Shown: positions 40,201 through 47,180 of the stretch, one piece after another
How positions within the stretch are numbered: position 1 is the stretch's first letter
Layout of the letters: the number at the start of each line of letters is the position of its first letter
DNA from: a virus
Lineage: Duplodnaviria > Caudoviricetes
Reading direction: 5' to 3' (one strand)
IMG/VR virus record: IMGVR_UViG_3300033066_001054
DNA length: 64,000 bases
Position numbers and translations under genes: made by a program
The notes under the pieces: model-generated
Seen by the model: only the letters and a program-made list of their open reading frames with translations
Told to the model about the DNA's origin: nothing
The model's database searches: none

Positions 40201-41881
40201 AGATGTGACCGCAATGGGTTATAGCCTGCTTGCAAAATATGTAGACCAATTCGCGAAAAATAGCGCGGACAAATCCAGGGTTAATGAGTTTATTAGCGCC
40301 GCATGTGATATGATTCCAAAAGATGTTGAAAACATTCACAACAGCGTTGGTTACGACAAACTCTCGGATGATATCAAGAACAAGGTAGATGACGCCATTA
40401 AAGTGGCGGCCAACGCAGGCAAGAACCCTGGGTTGGTGGATAGGCTGAAACAGGAATACGTAAACAAGAAAAATCAATACGTGGGCACTGACAAAGACAA
40501 CTTCTCTGAAGCCAAAACTGCTGTGTCAATGCAAATCGCAAATCATAATGTCATCAATGAATTAGTCCATATGTCGCCAGATAATCAACTATTTGTCAAC
40601 AATGGTTCTGAATGGGCGTTTGGTGGTGATTTTGAGACCATCTCGGCTTATATTGCGCACACTATTGCACAAGAAGTTATTGCATCAATTAAACACCTTG
40701 AGCGGCCTGGTAACTGGGAATTGGTAGGATTGTCACCAATTCAAATTTACACAAGAATGAAGCCTGGTGATAGGCTTGATGTCAATGATATTGACGCTTA
40801 CATGTCTCAGAGATTGTCAGAGTTCCAAAAGCTGTTAACATCGCAATGGAAAGTTGAGTCTATCAGCGATATGAACGAAGATGGTGAGCAATCAGGATTT
40901 CATCGAGACATCAAGAAAATCATCAACGATGCCGCAGGAACACTTCATAATTTGCTTTACGACAGTATGGGTGGTGGTGGCCAGGATATTCAAGTGCCTT
41001 TGTCACATGCTATGCGTGAGTTGCAATCTGACGCACAGTTGGTTAATACAAAATTCCAAGAAGACCTGTATGAAAAAATCAATGACCCAAGCAAAGACTT
41101 GCGAGGCGTACATGATGAACACATATTACCGGCACTAAGGGCGGCTAATAAAGACGGTGTCGACTTGGCAACTGCCAAGGCTATACGTAAATGGTCGGCA
41201 GGAGAACTGGAGTGGCCGTTGGTTACGCTTGGTGTCAAAAACAATGTGCGTGAGCCAGCAAAGGGCGAGACCCCAGAGGCATATGCACAATATCTGGCAA
41301 GTTTGGCCAACGAAGGTAAGAAGAGTGCAGAATCATTGATTGGATATGGTCCGTCATCTGTCAAGCGCATTTCAGCATCTGCACTTCGTAATGATGAGCT
41401 TGCGGGCAAAATACACCCCATGCTTTCTCACCAGATTGCACACCGGCTAGATTATTTGAGAAACAGCGATGACTACAACGCCGCCGTCAAAAACAGCGAA
41501 AAAGCCCACTTCCAAAATATGAAGAAAAAGGGTCAATATGGTCAATATGCTGACGTACCGCCAGGCAGCAACAAGTTCGTAAATGGAAACATTGGCGTAC
41601 TTAGCCTAGACGGCTTGCACCCATTGCATTCGTACATATCTGGCGGCTACCAGGTTGGGCGACATGGCAACGCAAAGGACAAAAGGGGTCTAAGACAAGT
41701 TGCGCCCGAACCACAACAAGTACCAAATGTACCTGTTCAGGTTCCTGTTGATGACGCAGAAAAGCAGGCTGCAGTCATTGATAAACTTGTGCGATATGCG
41801 CTCAAGCTAGATGCAAAGGGTAGATTCGCAGAAGCAGACTTGGTTGACTCGTTAATTCATAAGCTAGAGGTGATGGTGTGA
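34262..41881 (+). CDS. very large (2539 aa) protein, probable internal virion protein
   Basis: Uninterrupted 7.6-kb ORF in the head module; C-terminal LVRYALKLDAKGRFAEADLVD motif; no catalytic motif recognised. Confidence 0.75.
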   Translation: MNIKNLLGKLSIGRAGVSTGAGNIVRTGAPEDAFRSGVAEFVRKAQTEEPIAAGMGAQTSPKRRMTHPVMLVSRFKYPYVKTKSVPGEEGEKPTKVETGELGWKTTPNKDVADEAVNGLYAYVLYLYEDTATGQDLVLGQPIEEQLAKSKATQQPLLDASIQPTHVDTPDWYKAQKSQKAKPKRVKKSGPEDTLKRFAAAGEAGDIDAQTNDYSSDREIESAESRYKFKGKIVRFTTDPSNPEGQAAKFGAHVVPASSMGYRAYEVMPSAVAEDLYVEPDGEDPSKVPTWTKSIKIPTEESPSAYGTSFRYRFSNGEPIPTLNGNKHVLSELLSVNGEKAPKDPGMNADFNIYEFMTANDLWGQMDNSGRLPSAIKTQIADAESEIQSAPELEHFTLGGGSLINLGGKKDSIMSEENLLARALYHLRNPSMFTYVNTDGTEAFRPRVADEPNIAPLATLDKQLHAARQAYRELYEQLSPAERKASPELAEAAERANQIGIKFVDLMAAKYPSKLREFALKQPYVGHAPSGEHNKPGGKHESAYSLSPTSHLSDQGKTLATYESGGGLQKLNDDDRKLYALVKSFERNADNALNNQAKTLHNQKHAKLVESPSESGEPYKIPTPRDAGGEWSEAAGKSIDFMENHWLQNHFLSAEDRTAISELQNKLAAEGKQYTWGQVAIAYLKNQDRLKVKKFTERIGMLHSPEHFSIEGPFTFKLSVDNAEDSNDSNDTESFTLYNYIPISEAGQKLKNDVIKQHLFNSKEVELAERVFDRKPFNNGDGTEEEHENNALFSIWASWAIKAKRAQVAERTKKALALQEAKEKSKTENARGKPNGWPYALTSQKFSDEERAEFAGNLEEFVNDIKYKAGAVIDHERKVVYINPDGSQVKLPNSLPVQLPAGAKMPMPTSRLKRIKDKDVLAQYGIVSIKNVLYSTANSQPVAVQDDALVIGDDIVPLESLREMTDSEILDNYRLFQRNGKYYSVAEKDRVTGPITEVLARGGEKIALPTETLDENGLQLLIKYTEQTTGQKLRGGQVHTYESDDDKIKMSGVYSEMLNNGASPKNAYEQAKKAVMREKLNSVAVQCLSGREQANPTYMHAAKHWAPRMIETIQSLGDKDELELIAENYGGFDNLLMAAKSGELDADDAKSLVDTYNVVTGTTPQQGAYIKPIMQDALLHGYQKDSTPGLPNNKFWHMMMSNAGRRFLDRKIDSESGNDLASQAMLHLIEKPESPLEGYDLHRILPKSSVALLEKTLKPEERLMQRANARYKTGKRTVVEEWQAKPLPRLLFDHIDWMVTPGIFPQEIIDQARELAGTELVKQERLKMFPDDISKMFPGATDEEDSQKTLEEKAAQDPVKRRFLNQLNYATAVAIVLQRQASQSEKHPQQDIWDIIMDEPGLDPASPQWNAKHKLAQHEAQIQKTSDAVQEQAKLREQLSIKSMFDVPDDVPVVQISNEEADAIIDQPMVNALTTSLLQSEDRDKISVLGKANRAMYNEATSSKSGHARGVVYPKNSVAVTSTTPLMITDEEGRERDVTGYTPEEYEGVHNEGEAPLYSDEKGLPKELLAMINKNTKNILQGTDNEEGLTFLGEFRQKLNKDLMGENQGHINRAQRAEAMYTMIYNLVSKSKKSLSDNEKRLARAEANNANRTTINSLKAEIENDTNILSMIESYDVFEHLSKMVHWGREFSKVVNKLEDLGLQEREITSHLLDRYPSAQQNMMAAARMYEPDSADELVSIGRAKTKYHQEIKDAALAYDQSAKELWNFLTRTTYMDKRNIAKLEAMGMGLNISQSGAEQESRLTQDDRDEVSNMVFDKLDKEARWFENPSNRIPAYQGSALGVEQPKKGEATVPIDSLTLPGDKKEIPNGINPIDLYKFLSRRGVLFALEMSKLDKISGRQKTAGAQGKYTQDFTQPKDMAWFVHNWLQNTHIPDGVLVPGANGLNTLDTAIGEIERRFAKPGGIYWSNAGEYNPLLEHADVTAMGYSLLAKYVDQFAKNSADKSRVNEFISAACDMIPKDVENIHNSVGYDKLSDDIKNKVDDAIKVAANAGKNPGLVDRLKQEYVNKKNQYVGTDKDNFSEAKTAVSMQIANHNVINELVHMSPDNQLFVNNGSEWAFGGDFETISAYIAHTIAQEVIASIKHLERPGNWELVGLSPIQIYTRMKPGDRLDVNDIDAYMSQRLSEFQKLLTSQWKVESISDMNEDGEQSGFHRDIKKIINDAAGTLHNLLYDSMGGGGQDIQVPLSHAMRELQSDAQLVNTKFQEDLYEKINDPSKDLRGVHDEHILPALRAANKDGVDLATAKAIRKWSAGELEWPLVTLGVKNNVREPAKGETPEAYAQYLASLANEGKKSAESLIGYGPSSVKRISASALRNDELAGKIHPMLSHQIAHRLDYLRNSDDYNAAVKNSEKAHFQNMKKKGQYGQYADVPPGSNKFVNGNIGVLSLDGLHPLHSYISGGYQVGRHGNAKDKRGLRQVAPEPQQVPNVPVQVPVDDAEKQAAVIDKLVRYALKLDAKGRFAEADLVDSLIHKLEVMV

Positions 41882-42279
41882 ACCAGCGACTAGCAGTTAG
41901 ATTTGTCGCAGATTGCGATAAAACACGGACTCGCGGACTAATGTTCGCGAGTCCACTTGACCAAAACGAAATTGCACTATTCGTGTTCCCGCGAGCTGAG
42001 CGACATGCGTTTTGGAACAAGAACGTCGAGTTCCCATTGGACTTGGCGTTCCTCGATGAGAATGGTAAGGTTGTAGACTTCAAACATTTGGACGCACAGT
42101 CCGAATCAAGTGTCAGACCTGATAGCCCGGCACGCTTCGTAGTAGAGGCTGCAAAGGGCACATTCGACCGTTTGAACGTCGCGATGGGCGACTATCTTCT
42201 CTATGAAGGTTCAAACATGACAGTTGTGCGCACGAATCAGCAGGTGAATGCTAGGCATGCGTATAAGATAATCAATTAG
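41878..42279 (+). CDS. DUF192 family protein
   Basis: VAD...RTRGLMF...LFVF..FWNKNVEFPLDLAFLDENGKVV..RFVVEAAKG. Confidence 0.85.
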   Translation: MNQRLAVRFVADCDKTRTRGLMFASPLDQNEIALFVFPRAERHAFWNKNVEFPLDLAFLDENGKVVDFKHLDAQSESSVRPDSPARFVVEAAKGTFDRLNVAMGDYLLYEGSNMTVVRTNQQVNARHAYKIIN

Positions 42280-42304
42280 GCATCCGTGGAGGATACACAG
42301 AAAA

Positions 42305-43543
42305 ATGGCAGACCGCATATTTATCAACAAAGACTCAGGTCAATACAGTGAGCGAGAGCTCAATCGTATTGACTGGAGCCAGGTTCGAGACGGCATGCTC
42401 GAGGCTCGAAAGGCTGCGAATGCTGGCAAGAACCTAAACCCGTTCGGTATGGTTACCGGACTACTTGACACTAGACTGGCACAGTTTGAGGGAGATGAGA
42501 GTTTCGAATCTCCTGCAATGGGCATGCCAGAAGAGCCAAGCGACGAATCACGCATTCAAATGATTGCTGATGCAGTTGCAAGTGGACAAGACCTTGACAC
42601 AAAGGACGCACAGTTTGGTCTCGATAATGTTGAGGCCGTTGCAGCTAAAGCTGGCATGGAACCAGAAGCAGTTGCAAATACGCTTCAAGATTATGTTGGA
42701 CTCAACATGGACGAGGCTCCGATGGAAGAAGGCGGCGTAGATGAGTTCGCATCGGAAGATGGCGAGCCGGCTATGGAAACCTTCGCCTCTCGTATAGCTA
42801 AGAAGAAGTTGCCTGCTGCTTTGGAGAAATTCAAATTCAAGCAAAAGGGCGGCGATAATCCTGAAAAGCACGAGGACAAAGACAAAGAGGAAAAGGAAGA
42901 AGAGGACGACGAAGGTGCAGAAGCTATGCTTCGCAAGGGTGACGAGCGCAAGGCTGGTCGCAAAATCGTCTTCACAAACCCCGCTCAATTGAGCGCGGCC
43001 GCTGTTGAAGCTGCACGCGCCGCTGGTGACGAAGAGTTGGTTCGTGCAACATTGGCTGCACGTGCCGAACGACGAGTTGCCATTGGTCAACTTGCCGCTG
43101 AAGCAACCCTTGAGCAAATCACTCGAGAGGCAAAAAGCAAGCGCCGAGCCGCCACCGCAACCAAGGTGGAAAAACCAAAAGAGGTAAAAGCTAACGTGAA
43201 AACAGACAAAACAACAACCGGCGAAGACTTTGTCAAGCCCACAGAACTTAGCACTGGTCAAAAATCGGCGTTCGCAAGCAAGGCTCGTGAACTCGGTTTT
43301 CCTGAGAAGTACATCACCGCCTTGCTAGGCACCCGCAACGCAAACACCGTCACCGAAGATGACGTTCGACGCATTGCAGAAGGTCCTGGCAAATACCAAG
43401 AAAAGGTAGAGCGCGTGGCTTCTATGATTCGTGAAGCAAAGCTCGATGACGCTAATCGAAGCCGAATCGTCAAGTTCTGGGTTGAAGAACTCGGATACCC
43501 GGCTGACTACATCAGCAAGATGGTTGAAGATTACCAAGCGTAA
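42305..43543 (+). CDS. hypothetical acidic head-associated protein
   Basis: SD GGAGG; AGGT-N18-TAA at 42242-42266; RLAQ and REAK motifs. Confidence 0.65.
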   Translation: MADRIFINKDSGQYSERELNRIDWSQVRDGMLEARKAANAGKNLNPFGMVTGLLDTRLAQFEGDESFESPAMGMPEEPSDESRIQMIADAVASGQDLDTKDAQFGLDNVEAVAAKAGMEPEAVANTLQDYVGLNMDEAPMEEGGVDEFASEDGEPAMETFASRIAKKKLPAALEKFKFKQKGGDNPEKHEDKDKEEKEEEDDEGAEAMLRKGDERKAGRKIVFTNPAQLSAAAVEAARAAGDEELVRATLAARAERRVAIGQLAAEATLEQITREAKSKRRAATATKVEKPKEVKANVKTDKTTTGEDFVKPTELSTGQKSAFASKARELGFPEKYITALLGTRNANTVTEDDVRRIAEGPGKYQEKVERVASMIREAKLDDANRSRIVKFWVEELGYPADYISKMVEDYQA

Positions 43544-43563
43544 CCTTTAACTCCACGATGCTA

Positions 43564-43595
43564 TCTGGGCACAGATTCTGTCAACTGTGCCCAGA
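43564..43595 (+). terminator. stem-loop
   Basis: TCTGGGCACAG / CTGTGCCCAGA inverted repeat after the 43543 stop; no U tract. Confidence 0.45.
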
Positions 43596-43622
43596 ACCAA
43601 ACCAGACAGGCAGGAAAAACAA

Positions 43623-43838
43623 ATGTTGAAAACAAACAGAGTACAAAGGGTTGATGCAGGCAATATGAGTGCATTGGTTGAGGCTGTTAAAAAGCAGATG
43701 AGCAACCAAGGCGATGCTTTGAGCAAGGATGCCTCTAAACTATTAGACGGGCGCAATGGCTGTAATGGCTATAGTGCCGATGGCACGGCGCAACCCGCCA
43801 CAATGACTGGTAACGGCATTGTAATCTCAGAATTGTAA
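43623..43838 (+). CDS. small hypothetical protein
   Basis: ORF with AGGA upstream of ATG 43623; start uncertain. Confidence 0.5.
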   Translation: MLKTNRVQRVDAGNMSALVEAVKKQMSNQGDALSKDASKLLDGRNGCNGYSADGTAQPATMTGNGIVISEL

Positions 43839-43850
43839 GAGGACAGAACA

Positions 43851-44720
43851 ATGAGAAGAGCATTCCAAAAAGTATCGGAGCAAAATCAAGCACCTGATTA
43901 TGTGTTGAAGCGTTTTGCTGCCACTGAAGATAGTCTTGAAGTAGACCCATATGAGGGTCTGCGACAACGAGCTGCCGAGAACCAACAAAGAATTGCACAT
44001 GATGAATTGGTGTACGGTCGACCCGAGGCGCCAAAGCCAACACGAGAGTGGGAGCAGGAAAGAATTGCAGACACGTATCGGCCACGGCAAATGAGCCGAA
44101 ACGCAGACAGCTTTGAACCAGAAGACCTTAGCCGTCGTTCTGTCAGGCGTGTTGAAACCGCAGAAACACACAATCCGGGCTATCGCCCAATGGAAAGTTA
44201 CAACAGTGGCGGCAACGAACTTTATGTTACCCGCATGGACGCTGAGCGAATGCTATACAACGGCGAATCGTTCTTCGACCCACAGTTGGCAGAAATTACG
44301 TCAACAATTGCCGAGCGAGATATGCGAAGGAAAGCCGAACAAGCAATGCGTGACAAGCAGTCATTGGTTGGTAGCCAGTGGGAGAAGCAGGCCACTGGCC
44401 GGGCTCGTCGCGAGCACAAGCGTGTACTTGACCGATGGAGCAATTTTGACGCAGTTAATGGTGGTTTTACCAGGGTGGCTAACGAACGAGAGGCCGCAGG
44501 CCGATTTGGTATGGCGGACCCAACTGCTGCACTACAACGAGATATGCTTCGACAAGAGGCTGTTCAAGAGCGAATGCAACGAAAAGCAGCTATCAAGGGC
44601 ATCGACCATGCCACACCAGCACAACGAAATTCATGGGAAGACGAAGTGCAATTGATGGCCGGCACAATGCAACAAGACCACTCAATGTCTTGGATTAGCG
44701 ACTTCTTCAAAGGTAAGTAA
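43851..44720 (+). CDS. hypothetical Arg/Glu-rich protein
   Basis: SD GAGGA; in operon. Confidence 0.7.
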   Translation: MRRAFQKVSEQNQAPDYVLKRFAATEDSLEVDPYEGLRQRAAENQQRIAHDELVYGRPEAPKPTREWEQERIADTYRPRQMSRNADSFEPEDLSRRSVRRVETAETHNPGYRPMESYNSGGNELYVTRMDAERMLYNGESFFDPQLAEITSTIAERDMRRKAEQAMRDKQSLVGSQWEKQATGRARREHKRVLDRWSNFDAVNGGFTRVANEREAAGRFGMADPTAALQRDMLRQEAVQERMQRKAAIKGIDHATPAQRNSWEDEVQLMAGTMQQDHSMSWISDFFKGK

Positions 44721-44722
44721 TT

Positions 44723-45661
44723 ATGGACGGGATGCTTTTGAATTCGCCTGGTGGTTCTGATGGGCTTGTTGATTACGACAAGCTCAAAACCACGTTGCGC
44801 GACATACAAAATGCACCCAGTGAGAAGGCTGCGGTTTTCATCCAGCAACTTCCGCAAAGTACCGGAGATGAATTCCTTGATTCCAAAATTGAGGCAGTCA
44901 AATATTTGGCGGGACCTACCGGAAACGTTAAGAGTGAGGGAGACGGCAACATGAGCGATGTTATCAATGAAATACAGATGTACATTGACAACAAATCCAA
45001 AGAGCCAAAACCACAAAATGGAGTAGCTATGGCAGACAATACGTTTAACTGGGTTCGATATTGCCAACAGAAACAAGAGACTGAGACAAGTCCTTCTTCT
45101 AAGAAGACGAAGAAGACCAAGGCAAACCCATTTCGAGTTTTGATGGGGATGGTCGGAAAACTTCTTGACCACGGTGTGCCCAAGCCCACTGTTGTCCGAC
45201 ACGTAACCAAAAACACTAGCTTTGATGAACCAACAGTCGACCGTGCTGTAGACATTGTGCGCGAATACAATCGAAAACAACAACGACACGACCATGTTGA
45301 ACCAGAAATTGACATGGAAGAAGGTAAGCAGCCAGAAAAGCGCGATGTTGACGCCACGTTCAACTATGTAAAATACATCGAGGCGCAAAAAGCGGCAAGT
45401 GCCGGTGAAAGCCGAGAGCTGTACAACGCAGAACCACAATGGGAGAAGCGTTCGACTGCCGAGTTGTTCTCTCGTCTTGGATGGTTAAACTCACTTATGG
45501 GCTATGACAGCAATTCTCCGCTTGGAGACGGCAAAAAAGCAGCAGATAAGCAGGGTGCTAACGCTCAAATGGACAAAATTACATCAGAACTGCAACGTCG
45601 TGGGTTTAATCGAGAAGAGATTGACTCCTTGTTGCAAGTTAGAGGCGCAACCAAGGGATAG
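44723..45661 (+). CDS. hypothetical protein
   Basis: Tightly packed; internal repeat FNWVRYCQ / FNYVKYIEAQ. Confidence 0.7.
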   Translation: MDGMLLNSPGGSDGLVDYDKLKTTLRDIQNAPSEKAAVFIQQLPQSTGDEFLDSKIEAVKYLAGPTGNVKSEGDGNMSDVINEIQMYIDNKSKEPKPQNGVAMADNTFNWVRYCQQKQETETSPSSKKTKKTKANPFRVLMGMVGKLLDHGVPKPTVVRHVTKNTSFDEPTVDRAVDIVREYNRKQQRHDHVEPEIDMEEGKQPEKRDVDATFNYVKYIEAQKAASAGESRELYNAEPQWEKRSTAELFSRLGWLNSLMGYDSNSPLGDGKKAADKQGANAQMDKITSELQRRGFNREEIDSLLQVRGATKG

Positions 45662-45663
45662 TC

Positions 45664-46815
45664 ATGAGCAAAGAACACAAGAAGACCGACAAGGAAAAAG
45701 CACCAAAGAAAACAAACATTGAAGAGTTTGTTTGTCAGATGCTGGAAAGACTCAATGGCGCACTGAAGCAAATGCAAAAGTCGGTTGAGCATGAACCACT
45801 GGATTTGCCCGATGCTATCGGGCCGGCCACTGATGATGTACTTAAGGATGCCGCCGACAGCGCACCAGTAACCAAGGTGCGTAAGCTCATTGTAATTCCG
45901 GGTGGTGACAAGGGCAAGGTAGAAGAACTCATGGACAAATTGATGTCAGCACGAGAGGCAGATATCAATAACGGATTGCGCACCGTATTTGCACAAGTAC
46001 ACAAGGCAAAAACCAGTGGAGATGTTGCATATCAAATGCAAGCTGTTCGCTCACTTGACACATTGATTAGAGAAGCAAGCAGTGATACTAAAGAAGCATT
46101 ATCCAAAGTACGAAGCCTCGTCTTATCAGGCGACCAAGCGCAACTTGATGCCGCAAATTTCAGATTGCGAAATGTATTCGCGTCTCGTGTTAGCACAGAG
46201 TCAAATACTCGACTCGCGTACACCTCATTATCGACTCAATTTGGAGAAGGTTATCAGCTATGCCCTAAGTCTGTACATCAGATTGGCAAGGCGATTCCTA
46301 TGGAGATTTCTAAGTGCCGCGACAACTGTATAGACTGTCGTGTGACACGTGACGGCGCAGTAACTTGCGCATATGCCGATTGGCTCAGAAAGTCTGCGGA
46401 CAATCACGAATTGGTTGAGGCACGATTGGAGCGCGTCAAGCACAATCTAAACGGAACAACACTGAACAAAATTGGTGCTCCGGACCCAATTAAGAACTGG
46501 GAAGGGCAATTAGAAGAAATTCGAGATAAGTACCCCGAGGCCAAAGAAAAGTCAATGGAAACCACGCTTGGCGACACAGACAAAGGTTTGTTTGGTCACC
46601 AGGGCGAAGCTATCAAGCGAATTCAAGAGCTACTCGAATCCAAGAAAGATTCAGGCAAGACACGAGAAGAGGCACTTGAGACTGACCACACAAACGAAGA
46701 TTATGATGACGAGACGCTTGAGCAGATGCTCGAGGACGAGCGAGAACCGTTCAACGAACAAGAACTCGACATGATGATTGAAGAGTTACTGTCAGACTCA
46801 AGAAACAAGGAGTAA
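45664..46815 (+). CDS. hypothetical protein with a Cys cluster and repeated E-x-x-L-E motifs
   Basis: LCPK..CRDNCIDC..CAYADW; C-terminal WEGQLEEIR, TREEALETDH, TLEQMLEDER. Confidence 0.7.
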   Translation: MSKEHKKTDKEKAPKKTNIEEFVCQMLERLNGALKQMQKSVEHEPLDLPDAIGPATDDVLKDAADSAPVTKVRKLIVIPGGDKGKVEELMDKLMSAREADINNGLRTVFAQVHKAKTSGDVAYQMQAVRSLDTLIREASSDTKEALSKVRSLVLSGDQAQLDAANFRLRNVFASRVSTESNTRLAYTSLSTQFGEGYQLCPKSVHQIGKAIPMEISKCRDNCIDCRVTRDGAVTCAYADWLRKSADNHELVEARLERVKHNLNGTTLNKIGAPDPIKNWEGQLEEIRDKYPEAKEKSMETTLGDTDKGLFGHQGEAIKRIQELLESKKDSGKTREEALETDHTNEDYDDETLEQMLEDEREPFNEQELDMMIEELLSDSRNKE

Positions 46816-46820
46816 GAGCA

Positions 46821-47159
46821 GTGTGGTACAAATTCGCCAACCAATACGGTGAACCCACACCATTTATTCCAGAACCGACTCGCTCTTTGGGTTCTAATGA
46901 ACAAGAGGCACTTGCTGACGCCATGGACATGCCTGCGCTAGAGAAGCGAATCAAAGAACTGGCAAATCCCAAGAAAGACCCGTACAAGCAAACACTTGAA
47001 GGTCAACTCGCAGACCTTCACCATGAAAACAAAAACATGCTGGACCCCAATGGCGAAGAGGCAGATGCTTTGTGGCGAGGCTGGGGTATCAAAGCGCAAA
47101 GCGATGCAACATCACCAGATAAGAACTGGCCAGCGTCGTTAAGCAAGGTACAAGTTTAA
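46821..47159 (+). CDS. hypothetical protein
   Basis: SD AAGGAG; MWYKFA start; TLEGQLADLH. Confidence 0.65.
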   Translation: MWYKFANQYGEPTPFIPEPTRSLGSNEQEALADAMDMPALEKRIKELANPKKDPYKQTLEGQLADLHHENKNMLDPNGEEADALWRGWGIKAQSDATSPDKNWPASLSKVQV

Positions 47160-47180
47160 TATTGCTGTACAAGTTGTATC

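Noticed and set aside
34262-41881. Virion RNA polymerase
   Set aside because: Only NADFN is present, not NADFDGD/DxDGD, and no single-subunit RNAP motifs were recognised
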